A DNA stretch of 64,000 bases from the human T2T-CHM13v2.0 reference genome, Homo sapiens. The notes beneath the pieces were generated by a model. The model did not search any database. It worked only from the letters and a program-made list of their open reading frames with translations, and was not told the origin of the DNA. Numbering within the stretch: position 1 is the first letter of the stretch; each line of letters begins with the position of its first letter. A program made the position numbers and the translations under genes. Location: NCBI RefSeq assembly GCF_009914755.1, contig NC_060926.1. One strand, written 5' to 3'. Shown here in pieces: positions 12,131-27,589 of this stretch.

Positions 12131-13582
12131 GTAATGTAAAGAACTGTATGGTGAAGGTGGTGTTTTTACTTGAGTATTTTATAATTAAAATATTCCTAAT
12201 ATCTTTAAGCTCGTTTTTGTAAAGGTGGAGGAAAGGCCTCCTGGAATATTAAAAGCTTATTCAGGGCTTATAATCAGAACAACATAGTAAGTCATGCTTT
12301 ATCATACTTTTCTACTTCAAACACATAGTAATAATAGATTATAAAAAGAAACAAGCATAAAAGGATATAGCCAGGCTTTATAAGACAACTATTTCAGTGG
12401 ACCAGAAAAGGAACAAACGTGTTAAGGGAATGTGGGAACTAAAACTGGTTTTGCAGAGCCTTAAATCTAGAAGCAGCCGTATCATCCAGGAGGTAAATCG
12501 CTTCAGAGAAAAAAAAAAAAATGGGGACCAAAAGTGCAAGATGTTGATGGAGTCAGGCTTATTTCTTGAAACCCAGTAGCTAGGGTGGAATTTCTCTGTT
12601 CCTATCAGGAGATTAGAGGCTGGGGTAGATAATAAAAAACTAACCAAATGCTGCCTGAAGCCCAGAAAGCCCACTGGAAATTACTCAAAGAGACTAGAGA
12701 GATAGAAGTGAAGACAGATAAAATATAAAAGAATTGAAGAAGAAAGCTTAACATATAAAGAAATATAATATTTTTAAAATCAACAATTGCGTCATGAATT
12801 CACTTCGGATTAAATTAAGTTTTAAAACAGTCTGACAGGTTTTATGCAAGGGGTGGGTGTGGTTGGCCTTTCAGAATGCTAGAATCCTCAAAAAGATGAA
12901 GACATATGTCTGTAAGCAACAGAAGGCAAAATTATAAAAATGTGTGTAAATGGATGGATATAAAAAGTGAACTATTAGCTTAAAAATAGTTGTTGAAATA
13001 AAAAGCAATCAAGGGGTCTCTAGGCTAAACTTGGTCCAAAAAAATTAGTGATTTGGAAGACAAATCAAGTCACACAGAAATGATCTCAAAGACTCTCATA
13101 TAAAAAATGCTTAAGAGTAGTTTTGGATTAGTTCCTAGAAGCTAATAAAAGAAAAGGTTGAAAAGTAATTTTTGAAGAGATGATGTCTGAGAGTTTTCCA
13201 AAATTTAAGACAGATAGTTATACTACAAATTATAGTCGCAATACATGAAATACCCAAGGCATATTGTAGACATCAACGATAAAAGGAATATTTTAAAAAG
13301 TACCAAACCAATCAGGCAACAATCATCAATGGATGTTAAAACCATTAGATGAAAGATTGCTGCAGAGAAAGGATAGTCACAGTCTCAAGTACCGCTCTAC
13401 AGATTAATTACAAAGGAAAAATGGTATCTTCAAAAGTGGAGAAATCCAGTGGACATCAGTTTAACTCAGTGATTAATTACCAATAAAAGAACAATAGACT
13501 GCTTTCATATGCTTTCTAATACGTTAAACTGAGAAAGATACTACATTATCATATAATATTTTTGCCAAAAAAGCTTGAGCTA

Positions 13583-13969
<387 letters not shown>

Positions 13970-14574
13970 CTAGGTAGTTTTCTGGATTAAAATAAAGAGA
14001 CAACACAATTCAAGAAAAATGATCCTGATTGAATTCTGAATTGTTTTTAAGTCATAAAGGACCTTTTTTTTAGGACAATTGGGGAAATTTGAATATGGTC
14101 TATATTGTATCATTGTTAAACTTCCAGAGTGTGAAAGTTTTTTGTGGCAATGTAGGAAAATACTCTACATAGACAGGCTGCAGTATTTAGGGGTGATGTG
14201 CCATGAGACATGTTTGCAACTAACTTGCAAATGGAGAAAGCAAATGTGATAAAATGTTAACAATTGATGAATCTCAGTAAAAGTATGTGAGTATTCATTG
14301 TACTATTTTTGCAACTTTTATAAAGGTTTGAAATTTTTCAGAATAAACAGTTTGCTGGGAAGTATAAAAGAAAAAAGATCAGCTATCTGATAGCACACAT
14401 CTTTCATAACCGTAATAGATGCCAGAAGATGCTGGAGTGATGTTTCAAAGTACCGAGTAAAAATAATTTACAACCTTGAAATCATTAAAACATTATTCAT
14501 AGGAAAAGCGTTTTTAAACATATGAAGAGTAAGAGAGTTTACCACTCAAACCTTCCTTAAAAGTGCAGTTAAAG

Positions 14575-14859
<285 letters not shown>

Positions 14860-15730
14860 GGATAATTTATTTTTTAAAGTGTTGTTAAAGGATATACTTC
14901 AGCAAGAAAAAAAATGAACACAGAGGGAAGATGTGAATTACAAGAAACAGTGGTCAGCCCAGGAATTGATTAAAACGTATTTGGATAATTTAATAAACTG
15001 ACTAGAAAAAATTATGTATATAAATATTTGTATAATATTTAATGATTAATACATGATGATGATGATGATAAGCCAAAACTCCCAAAGTATGCATTCAAAC
15101 ACTTAAGAGTACCTGCTAGAAATATAATCTCTGTCTTCCAAACCAGTACAATTAAAATAAGAAAGTAAAACTATCAAACCAAAATAATACAGGCAGAAGG
15201 AAGATGGAAGTAACAAAGAAAAAGCTGGTGACAGCAAACAAAATAAGGTGCATGAATGAATCCAGCAGCTTTATCAGTAATCACCAAAAATGTAAGCAGA
15301 TTAAACTCACCTATTAAAAGACAGATTATATTGGATAAGTAAATAAAATTCAGCAATATTCAGCTTACAAGGTACATGTAGAATAATACTACACAGAGTT
15401 TGAAAATAAAGAGATTTAAGAAGACTTAGTAGACAAATACTGTACTTACCAAAGTAATATAACAAATTTTAAAACAAAAATCATTATTGTGAAGATGAGG
15501 AACACTGCATAATAAGGTAAGAAACAACTTACTTAGAAGAACTAACAGTAATAAACTCTATGTACCTAACAATATTATCTTTTGAATAAACTAGTCAAAG
15601 GAATAGGCAGTAATTCCTTAAAATGTTTTTACCTGGGAAAAAAAAATCTATGGAAATTATTCAGGTTAGAAATGGAAAATTTCCAAATATCTTATGCAAT
15701 TAGACTTCATTAAATGAATTTGTTTTTCAG

Positions 15731-15792
15731 AATTGTTAAGACTCGAATCAGAAATGGAGTTCATTGTTTTGAAATAGAATGGGAAAAGCCTG
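15731..15792 (+). CDS. GEN1: GEN1 coding exon (presumed exon 12), chromodomain region, aa 401-422
   Basis: ttcag|A ATT GTT...CCT G|gtatgt; 62 nt; IVKTRIRNGVHCFEIEWEKP. Confidence 0.96.
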
Positions 15793-15857
15793 GTATGTAT
15801 TCACTTTAAGCAAAATATTCCATTTATAATATTTGACCATGTATGTCTAGTAAATAT

Positions 15858-16222
15858 TGTATATGTGTATATATATATATATATACACACACACATAGAT
15901 ATGTGTATATATATATATACACACACACATATATGTGTATATATATGTATACACACACATATATGTGTGTACATATATGTATACACACATATGTGTGTAC
16001 ATATATGTATATACACACACATGTGTGTGTACATATATGTATATACACACACGTGTACATATATGTATACACACACATATGTGTGTACATATATGTATAT
16101 ACACACACATATATGTGTGTACATATATGTATATACACACACATATATGTGTGTACATATATGTATATACACACACATATATGTGTGTACATATATGTAT
16201 ATACACACACAGCATGTGTGTG
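15858..16222. repeat. Compound TA/CA/TG minisatellite, unit about 34 bp (ATATACACACACATATATGTGTGTACATATATGT)
   Basis: Seen directly; unbroken purine/pyrimidine alternation 15899-16211. Confidence 0.95.
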
Positions 16223-16663
16223 AAAAATAAAGATGAAACCCATCACATGCACCACAGGTTGATTTCATAGTTTGCCTGTGTTATTTTAGATAGGTTTTGA
16301 CTAATAGTAAATATGATAAACTTTGATTTTATTTTAATGTCTCAATTTGACATTTCTTTTGTAATGTTTAAGGAAGTAATACCGAAATAATTTTTATTTA
16401 TATTTCTCAAATACATGCTTTTACAAATGCTGTGGTCATTCAATGTCATGTATAGTTGCATCTGAAAAAATTGAGATTGTTAAAATACTCCTGGGGTACA
16501 CTTCCTTTCCTTTTTTTTTTTAACCCTGCTTAGTTTTCAGTGGGAATTTTTTATTGTCAAATTATTCTTATTTTTGCTCCAGACAGAAATACAGTGAACT
16601 CTGAATTAGCTCCCAAACTGGAGATAGTGAAAAACAGATAATTTAAAATGAAAGTAATAATAC

Positions 16664-16955
16664 TTTTTTTTTGAGACGGAGTCTTGCTCTGTTGCCCAGG
16701 CTGGAGAGTGCAGTGGCACCACCTTGGCTTACAGCAACCTCTGCCTCCTGGTTCAAGTGATTCTCCTGCCTCAGCCTCCCAAGTAGCTGGGGTTACAGGC
16801 ACCTGCCATCATGCCTGGCTAATTTTCATATTTTTAGTAGAGATGGAGTTTCGTTATTTTGGCCAGGCTGGTCTCGAACCCCTGACCTCAGGTGTTCCAC
16901 CCACTTCGGCCTCCCAAAGTGCTGGGATTACAGGCGTGAGCCACTGCGCCCAGCC
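16664..16955 (-). mobile_element. AluS
   Basis: Antisense dimer; TSD-like GAAAGTA(A/G)TAATAC on both sides. Confidence 0.92.
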
Positions 16956-17321
16956 TGGAAAGTAGTAATACTTTTGATGGCCCTTTCAATTGTGTTCTTT
17001 TCAGAAGCTATCACTAAAGAAAGCTGATGTTGAGTTTTAGGAAACTGTTTCATTTCTTACCTGGAATTTTAACACTTAACTGAATTAAACCAACCAACCT
17101 TACCTAAACAAAGTTTTCTGTCCTTTCAGCTACTGCTACCATCTCTGAAATAAGAGGATTTAAAGTTCTAATTTAGAAAGAATCTCCATCCGGCCATTGC
17201 CAGGCAAAAAGAAAATAAATTATGTACTGCTATCAACAGATTGTTAGAATATAGTGTTATAAAGCAAGATTTGCAATGAATAGTTCATTTGTGAATGATT
17301 TATTTTACCTGATAAAGCTAG

Positions 17322-17652
<331 letters not shown>

Positions 17653-17710
17653 GATTGAATTTTTTTAAATGCCTAATTAAGGACACTTTGCTGTATTTTT
17701 AATCTTTTAG

Positions 17711-17854
17711 AACATTATGCTATGGAAGATAAACAACATGGAGAATTTGCTTTATTAACAATTGAGGAAGAATCATTGTTTGAAGCAGCATATCCTGAGA
17801 TCGTTGCTGTTTACCAAAAACAAAAGTTAGAAATTAAAGGGAAGAAACAAAAAC
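17711..17854 (+). CDS. GEN1: GEN1 coding exon (presumed exon 13), aa 422-470
   Basis: tttag|AA CAT...AAA C|gtaagt; 144 nt; HYAMEDK...TIEEESLFEAAYPEIV...KGKKQK. Confidence 0.96.
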
Positions 17855-18353
17855 GTAAGTTTTGGGTTTGATAGCTATTTATGCCACATGCAAATGTTAT
17901 AGAAGAGCCACCTCTTCTGTTTGAATCTGCTGTGTCTAAATTTTACTGAAAAATCTATAAACTCAAAAGTCAAGAATTGTATTCTTCCTTCTTTGTCTTC
18001 ACATACTTTCTTTTAAAGCTGAAAAGCCAGGAATAAATCATTCTGTTCTGTCTACTAACTTAGACACGTGTTAATAATAATAGTTATACTGACTAGTTGT
18101 TCAGCAGCTACTGTTTATAGCATATTCGGATTTTAAATGTTTTCTTTATTTCCCAGAACTCAGTGAGGAAAACAACTCAATTATAACATTGTTTTCAGAG
18201 GGAAATATTTTATAATCTAGCAATGCACTGAGATCAAAAAAAGGCAGAAACTATTCATAGAGATTTCTCTCTGAACTGTTTATTTTTTTATTTTTTACCC
18301 AAGTTAAAGCAAAGAAAATAAATGTTGATTATATGTATTTTTTTTCTTTTCAG

Positions 18354-19672
18354 GTATTAAGCCTAAAGAAAACAATTTGCCAGAACCAGATGAAGTAATG
18401 AGCTTTCAGTCACACATGACTTTAAAACCCACATGTGAAATCTTTCATAAGCAGAATTCCAAGTTAAATTCGGGGATTTCCCCTGATCCTACATTACCAC
18501 AGGAATCTATTTCTGCCTCATTGAATAGCTTGCTTTTACCTAAAAATACTCCATGTTTGAATGCACAAGAACAGTTCATGTCTTCTCTAAGACCTTTGGC
18601 TATACAGCAAATTAAAGCTGTCAGTAAGTCTCTAATTTCAGAATCTAGTCAACCCAATACCTCATCTCATAATATATCCGTGATTGCTGATCTACACTTG
18701 AGCACTATTGACTGGGAAGGTACTTCTTTTAGTAATTCTCCAGCTATTCAAAGGAATACTTTTTCTCATGATTTAAAATCAGAAGTTGAATCAGAGCTAT
18801 CAGCCATCCCTGATGGCTTTGAAAATATCCCAGAACAACTGTCCTGTGAATCAGAAAGGTACACTGCAAACATAAAGAAAGTGTTGGATGAGGATTCTGA
18901 TGGGATTAGTCCTGAAGAGCATCTACTTTCTGGCATTACTGATTTATGTCTTCAGGATTTGCCTTTAAAGGAACGAATATTTACAAAATTATCATATCCT
19001 CAGGATAATCTACAACCAGATGTCAACCTGAAAACTTTGTCCATACTTAGTGTAAAAGAATCTTGTATTGCTAACAGTGGTTCTGATTGTACATCACATC
19101 TTTCAAAGGATCTTCCAGGAATTCCCTTGCAAAATGAATCCAGAGACTCTAAAATTCTAAAAGGAGACCAGCTGCTTCAAGAAGACTATAAAGTCAATAC
19201 TTCTGTCCCTTATTCTGTCAGTAACACAGTGGTAAAGACCTGCAATGTTAGACCACCAAATACTGCTTTAGATCATAGTAGAAAAGTTGATATGCAAACC
19301 ACTCGGAAAATTTTAATGAAGAAGAGTGTTTGCCTTGACAGACATTCCTCTGATGAACAAAGTGCCCCAGTGTTTGGGAAAGCTAAGTACACAACTCAAA
19401 GAATGAAGCACAGTTCTCAAAAGCATAATTCATCCCATTTCAAAGAAAGTGGCCATAACAAGTTGAGTAGCCCTAAGATACATATTAAAGAAACTGAACA
19501 GTGTGTCAGATCTTATGAAACAGCTGAAAATGAAGAAAGCTGTTTCCCAGATTCAACAAAAAGTTCTCTGAGTTCTCTACAATGTCATAAGAAAGAAAAC
19601 AACTCTGGTACTTGTTTGGATAGCCCTCTTCCTTTACGCCAGAGATTAAAACTAAGATTCCAAAGCACTTGA
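18354..19672 (+). CDS. GEN1: GEN1 terminal coding exon (presumed exon 14), Ser-rich disordered tail aa 470-908, including Leu-rich NES LLSGITDLCL (aa 660-669)
   Basis: ttcag|GT ATT AAG; open to TGA at 19670-19672; the exon sum reproduces the 908-aa length I recall for human GEN1. Confidence 0.97.
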
Positions 19673-20060
19673 AATTTAAAACACTTAGGTATAACTTAAC
19701 TATTTTAGTACTATCAGCAATAGCAGAGACAGAGGGAAGGTATCTAGTTCATGTGTGGTAAAAATTTTAATGTTCTCTGTGTCATGAAACACTTGCCATT
19801 TTAATCAAAGTTGTAATTTTTAAAAAGTCACCTAAAACTCTGGTTTTAAAAGATCCTCTGTATTGAAAACTTCTGATAATGTATGTCATTATGTCCTTAC
19901 TATTCCTTAATTGTAGTTTTAAAATATTGGTATAGTACTTGACAGAGTAAATACTTCATCTGATTGTTCATTTTTACTTTTTCTTCCACAAGCCTCTAAA
20001 GTATTTATATTCCAGCTTGTTCCCAAGAGGATAATTCTTTATACTTCTCTTCATTCTTTT

Positions 20061-20249
20061 AAGGCCTTGCAAGGTCTTCCGTTATAACTCGCTTTCCTAA
20101 AAGCTATTTTCTCCCTCAGTGTGAAGATACCTTTAGTGTGCTCTTCCACTTTGGAAGGCCATGCAAGGTGTTCCATTATAACTCTTTTTCCTAAGAGTTA
20201 TATTCTCCCTCAGTTTGAAGATACCTTTAGTGTGCTCTTCCACTTTTGG
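20061..20249. repeat. 94-bp tandem duplication, 2 copies, about 90% identical
   Basis: Units start AAGGCC at 20061 and 20155; 9 substitutions and 1 indel by manual alignment. Confidence 0.92.
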
Positions 20250-20333
20250 TGTCTTAGTCTCTTTTGAGGGGCAAAAATAGAAAAGGAGAGAAGATGTCAG
20301 TATGTTTAGTAAAAATCATGCTCGTAATGGCTG

Positions 20334-20339
20334 AATAAA
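20334..20339 (+). terminator. Candidate proximal GEN1 poly(A) signal AATAAA
   Basis: First AATAAA I find after the stop codon; usage unverified. Confidence 0.35.
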
Positions 20340-20629
20340 CTGAGCAAAGTAACTCCTTATGTATCCCCAGAAGTTCACAGGTATATCGGGTGGAAAAAGA
20401 TTTGGAAAATCAAATGTATAACCAAAAGGATTAGAAACTAGCCCAGGATCACGTAGCTAACTAATAATCCTGTGGGAATCAGTTTTCTTGCCTGCTAATT
20501 TTTTTATTTTTCTATTTTTTCCTTCTATAGCACTTTTCCCCCTTTTGTTTTGAATCTATGCAATATTGACTTTAATACCACCAAATATTAAGTCATGCAT
20601 TAATTTAGGTCGCACTCAAAAATTCTAGA

Positions 20630-22292
20630 GAGGCATCCAGATTGAAAAGGAAAATGGTGTCTGCAGATGACAAGATTGTATGCATCAAAAATTCTAAGAA
20701 ATCCACTAGAAAACTATTAAAACTGATAAAGCGAGTTCATCCAGGTCGTAGAATACAAGACCAATGTGCAATGATCATTGCATTTTGTTTTTGTTTGTTT
20801 GTTTTTTTTTGAGACAGAGTCTCACTCTTGTCGAGACTGGGGTGTAGTGGCGCCATCTTGGCTCACTGCAACCTCTGCCTCCCAGGTTCACGCAATTCAC
20901 ATGCCTCAGCCACCTGAGTAGCAGGGATTACAGGTGTGTGCCACCATGCCTGGCTAATTTTTAGTATTTTTAGTAGAGATGGGATTTTCCCTTGTTGGTC
21001 AGGCTAGTCATGAACTCCTGGCCTCAAGCGATCCACCCATCTTGGCCTCCCAGAGTGCTGGGATTACAGGTGTGAATCACCATACTCAGCCTCAATTGTA
21101 TTTCTGTACACCTCTAAATAAATGGAAATACATTCCATGTTCATGAATCAGAAGACATAAGATGACCATACTCCCCAAACTGATCTACAGGTTAAATGTA
21201 ATTCCCATTAATTCCAGCTGGTTTCTTTGCTGATTCTAAAATTCATATGGAAATTTCAGGAACACAGAATATTAGGAAGAATCTTGAAAGAGTTTGAATG
21301 ACCCACCCTTCCTGATTTTAAGTATACAGAACTACAGTAATGAATGTGTTGTACTGGTATAAAGGTAGACATATAGGTCAATATAGATCAATGGCATAGA
21401 ATTGAGAATTCAGAAAAAAAGCCTTCACGTTTATGGTCAGTTGATTTTAAACCAGAGTGCCAAGACAATTCAATGGGAAAAGGAAACAGTCTTTGAACCA
21501 ACTGTCTTCTGGATCTATTGGATATCTATGTAAAAAAGAGTGACATTTGATTCCTACTTCACATGATATTTAAGAAGTAACTTAAGATGGATCAAATACC
21601 TAAATGTAAGCTAAAGCTATAAAACTCTTAGAAGAAAACATAGACGTAAATCTTTGTGACTTTGGATTAGGCAAGGATTTCTTAAATATACCCAAAGCAT
21701 AGGCAACAAAAGAGAATACACAAACTGGACTTCATCAAAACTAAAAACTGTTGTTTGAAATGACACCATCAAGAAAGTGAAAAGACAGCTTACAGAATGG
21801 GAGAAAATATTTGCAAATCATAAATGTGATAAGGGACTTGTATCTTGGTGGTATATAAAGAACTCGTAACTCAATTATAAAAAGACAACTTTGAAATGGG
21901 CAAAATAGCTCAACAGGCTTTTCTGCAAAGAAGAAATACAAATGACCAAGAAGCACATTTAAAAATTTTCAGTACTATTACTCATCAGGAAAATGCAAAT
22001 CAAAACCACAAGACACCCAATGTCTACAATCAAAAAGATAATAACTAGTATTGATGAGGATGTGGAGAAATTGAAATTCTCATAACATGCTGGTAGGAAT
22101 GTAAAATGGGGCAGCCACTTTGGAAAAAGTCTGGTAGTTCTTCAAATGGTTAAATGTAGAGTTACGATATGATCCAGCAATTCCTCTCCCAGGTATATAC
22201 CCAAGATAAATGAAAACTTATATCCACATAAAAACCTGTGCACAAATGTCCATAGCAGCGTTATTCATAATAGCCTAAAAGTGGAAACAATC
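20630..22292 (+). mobile_element. Old L1M ORF2 remnant interrupted by an Alu
   Basis: GCAGATGACAAGATTGTAT (decayed RT ADDMIVY), GACAATTCAATGGG, CTTAGAAGAAAACATAG, GATCCAGCAATTCC. Confidence 0.85.
20783..21091 (-). mobile_element. AluS nested in L1
   Basis: Antisense dimer with a (TTTG)n tail. Confidence 0.92.
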
Positions 22293-22618
22293 CCAGTTCC
22301 AGAATGAGGAAGGGGAGAAACTAATGTGTATTAGCTATTGTGTGCTAAGCATTCAACTAGATTATTTACAAACCTTGTATCATCTCAACTCTTTAAGGAC
22401 TGTATTGCAATGTTTTGAATATTCAGAGAGAAAAAAGTCGTTGCTAAAACATTTTCCAAGGTTCTGCTTATTCTGATTTGTTCAGTCGTGGCTGTGATAG
22501 TTCAGGACCATCTAGACCAGGTAAATAAAATATCTAGAGGCATTCTTGAGATTGTATGAGATGAAAATAACAAAATTAGTTGGGAGTGGCCAGTCTGAGT
22601 TCATTTTGCTATATAGCT

Positions 22619-22954
22619 CAGGAGTCCCCAACCCCTGGGCTATGGACAGGTACCAGTCCATCACCTGTCAGGAACCGGCCTGCACAGCAGGTGTTGAGCG
22701 GCATGCAAGCGAGAATTACCGCCTGAGCTCTGCCTCCTGTCAGATCAGCGGTGGCATTAGAGTCTCATAGGAGCATGAACCCTATTGTGAACTACGCATG
22801 CGAGGATCTAGTTTGTGCACTCCTACTGAGAATCTAATGCCTGATGATATAAGGTGGAACAGCTTCATCCCACAGCCATCTCCCCCTCATCATCCGTGGA
22901 AAAACTGTTTTCCACGAAAGTGGTCCTCGGTGCCAGAAAGGTTGGGGACTGCTG
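22619..22954 (+). mobile_element. MER1B hAT-Charlie DNA transposon, full length
   Basis: TIRs CAGGAGTCCCCAACC...GGTTGGGGACTGCTG; 336 bp; 8-bp TSD ATATAGCT/ATATACCT. Confidence 0.88.
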
Positions 22955-23136
22955 ATATACCTAATATAGGCATAAGTGTAAAATTATAGTTCCTCCTCCT
23001 CAAGGATTTCTCTGTTTTCATTGTCCAGGTTATACCAATTCTTTTTAAAGCATTCCATGTTCTTGTTCCTTGATGTGGTCATGTTATCACTTGTAAATCA
23101 AATCTTTTAAGTTGCTGCTTACGTATTTGCTCATCA

Positions 23137-23653
<517 letters not shown>

Positions 23654-25271
23654 TATACAATCTCCGTCTTCTAGATTTTATAATGAGGACTCTACTTTTT
23701 CCTTTTGGGTAGCATGGCTTGAGCCATCTTGTCAGGCATACCTAGCTTCAGATTCTTTTCTGCTAACAGATTTTCTCTGTGACCCTGGAGACATTTTCTA
23801 ACTTTTCTGAGACTCATTTATTCAAATGTTTATGTGACAGGCATTGTGCTGGGCCCTGGAGATACAGTGATCAATGGCATCCTATAAGGTTTTGATATCT
23901 GTGAAGTCACTGCCACCATTGACACATTCTAGGGACTCAGTAAATTGTAGCTGTGTCCGATACCATCATTTGGAAAGAGCACTATCAGATTTTGGATTCA
24001 AACTGAATGCAGCCAAGCACTGCCTTTTGGTAAAAATGTGGACACAGTAACACTAGTAGGGGGCAGTGTGAGGGTGGGAGATGTGTTTTCAGAAGAAGGA
24101 AACTCTAGATTAGCATCACACAAGGGATCCTAACGTGGCATTTGAGCTACTGGAAAAAAATTGTGCTTGCTTAAATATAATGTGGTAACTAATATTCATC
24201 TAATCACCTACCACATTTTTGGAGCACCCACTTTGAGCAAGGTTCTTAGGCTTTTCTATGTACAACAGCCAGCTGGAGGCCCAGTGAGTTTAAAATTTTT
24301 CCAGGTCACCCAACTAGAAAAAGTTAAAGCTGGGACTAGAACTCAGATCTCCTAATTCATGAGTGAAAACAATTCTCTGTATTTATGTTTCCATACATCA
24401 TTCAGTTCTTGACTCAAATATCACCTCAGAGAGTCCTAATCTTTTTATCTCCTGACATTATAAATGTTGAGTTCAGGGTTTTTTTTTTCATTGTTTCCCA
24501 AACTAGAATGCAGACTTGATGAGGGCAGGGACTAAGTCCTTTCTGTTCACAGAATTCTAGAACAGTGTTTGACACAGTAACTACTAGATGCATGAATGAC
24601 AATTCTCCACAACGCCCCACCCATGGAGCCTGTACCAGCAGTGGCTGCACTTAACCTTGCGGAATCTGGCCTTAGTACTTCAGCATGGCTCACAAGGCTG
24701 AGGCAGCCTGGCCCCAACTTGTCTCTTCAGCTTCATGCATTCATAGTCATGAACCTTGGCTCTAGCCACCTAAGACCATTTGTTATTCCCTGCACGGATG
24801 TCTCTGCCTGAAATGCTTGCTGCTTCCTTATTGGCTAGATAAACCTCATCTATTAAGGACCAGCTCACATGTCATAACTTTATAATCCCAAGCAGAATTA
24901 TTTGCTCTATACGTGTCCCCAAAGAAATTACCCATACATTCATCAGAGTATTTATCACATTCATTCATTCGTTCCACAAATATTAGCTGATGCCTGCCGT
25001 GTAGGAGGCACAATATTCCTTACTTAAAAATGCCTCTATCTCTCCCTCAGATAAGACTAAGATCTCTGAGCACAGGAATCAAGTCTTATTTCTGTTCACT
25101 TCCCCCAGATGCCTACACAGGGTTTGACTCTTCTGCCTCACCAACTCTTACCCATCGAGATTCAGTGTAAACGTGGTCTTCTCTAAGAAAGTCTTCTGTT
25201 GCTTCTCTGGATCGCTGCTAGTCCCCATAGACTTCTAAAATATTATCTGTCTATAGTTTTGTGTTGGGTTA

Positions 25272-25679
<408 letters not shown>

Positions 25680-26501
25680 TCAGTGAATGGGTGCTGATTG
25701 ACTGATGGTGATTTCAGTCAGGGTCTTAGTTCTAAATTTCTCTGTGGAGAGAGACCAAATCTAACCGGGTGGATTAGCTTGATACCTAGTCGCCTTTAGC
25801 CACTTCAAGACGCCCTGCCAAGATGCTTGCTTTCTGAAGGTGAAGAGTCTAAATCAACTGCTGTTCCTGTTCTGCTGGTAGCACTTAGGGTAAAACAGCT
25901 TAAATAGTATTACTGAAGGCAGCCTCCTTTCATCTATATATTAACGTGGCAATGTTTATCACCTTCTTAACCAAGCAAAGCTTTTATCAGGCTCAGCTAA
26001 CAGCTTGCATTAGCCTCTTTCAGGAACTTGCCACATTGCCTATAAACTGACATGCTGCAGAGTCAGCCCCAGCAATAGTCCAAAACAGTGGGACTCTTTT
26101 TGATGATTTCAAAATGGATAGTTTAGTTAGCCCCAGGCCAGATAAATTCACTAAGTTGCCTGTTTGGCAATGGAGGGCAGAGTTATCAGCAAAGTAGGCT
26201 GACCCTTCTGTGGGCAGAATGAATATTTTGCTAATGTTTAGAAGAATTCCTTTTGTAAGCATCAAAGAAGAACTTTAATAAGGATTAAGTGTCTGAGCTT
26301 CCTTAGCATTATTCTATTCCAAGACCCAAAAAGGAAAATAACCTCCCCAAATGGTAAAAACTGCTTGTATATTTAGAATTCTCTGATCAAAGACCTAATG
26401 AAAAGATTCTATAGTGTTTGCGTCATCATAAGTTAAATCTTCATCTACCACCCAACTGATACCTGCCTTTCTGTGAGTGAAATCAGAAACGGCTGTTCTT
26501 T

Positions 26502-26654
26502 AATAAATGCTTTCAATCTGAAAGTCAGAAAGTGATTTATGAAACACCCAGGTGAGGGGAGACTACAAGTCCCTTTGCCTTTTAGTTTTCAAGCAATACT
26601 GGTTGCAGTAACTGCTCTGATGTAATTATTGCTAACATTTACGTTTTTATTAAA
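26502..26654 (+). terminator. Candidate distal GEN1 poly(A) signals (AATAAA 26502, ATTAAA 26649)
   Basis: Hexamers in unique sequence; compatible with a multi-kb 3' UTR; not verified. Confidence 0.3.
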
Positions 26655-27232
26655 CTGAAAATGCTAACTGTGAATGCCAGATGCCAGATGCCAGAAGCCT
26701 TATTTTACATAATTGTCCAAACACAGACGTCTCTAGGCCAGGCGCTGTGAAGGCCCCACAACTTCACAGCTGGGATAGTTCTATGGGAGGTGTCAAAGGA
26801 CTGGGTACAATCAGGTCTACATCTTCTGAAACAAACCGAAGGACATTTTCTTAAACCTGAGAGGCACTGGTCTGAGGAAGTGTCTTGGTTCTGATAGAGA
26901 CTAGCTACACTGGGCAAACCTCCCCTGGCTTCACTTCCTTCTGTCTTCACTCTCCATCCCATTTGAGGACGCATATCAATATATATGAAACACGTATCAA
27001 TATATAAATTCAGCATTTCTGATGTCTTTAAAATATGTTCCATTATACTCTATAATTTTTTGAGAAGGGAATTGTCTACATATGAAGAAAAAAGAGACAA
27101 AGTTCATTAGGCACTAATGAATATAAGTGAGCTTATACAGTTTCAAAAGTCTGTTATGCAAAGCATTAGTGAATCTTGGGAAAAGACAAATGACATATGT
27201 TAAATGTTTATGTGCCACACATCTAATTCTTA

Positions 27233-27589
<357 letters not shown>

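Noticed and set aside
15899-16211. Periodic palindromic units of about 34 bp, CRISPR-like in size
   Set aside because: No unique spacers, no cas genes, eukaryotic intron
15801-16270. Six overlapping 111-155 aa ORFs on both strands
   Set aside because: Stop-free by-product of the alternating dinucleotide array; low-complexity YIHTCVM translation
18377-19672. 431-aa ORF as a stand-alone gene
   Set aside because: TTG start inside the GEN1 last exon; the real boundary is the acceptor at 18353/18354
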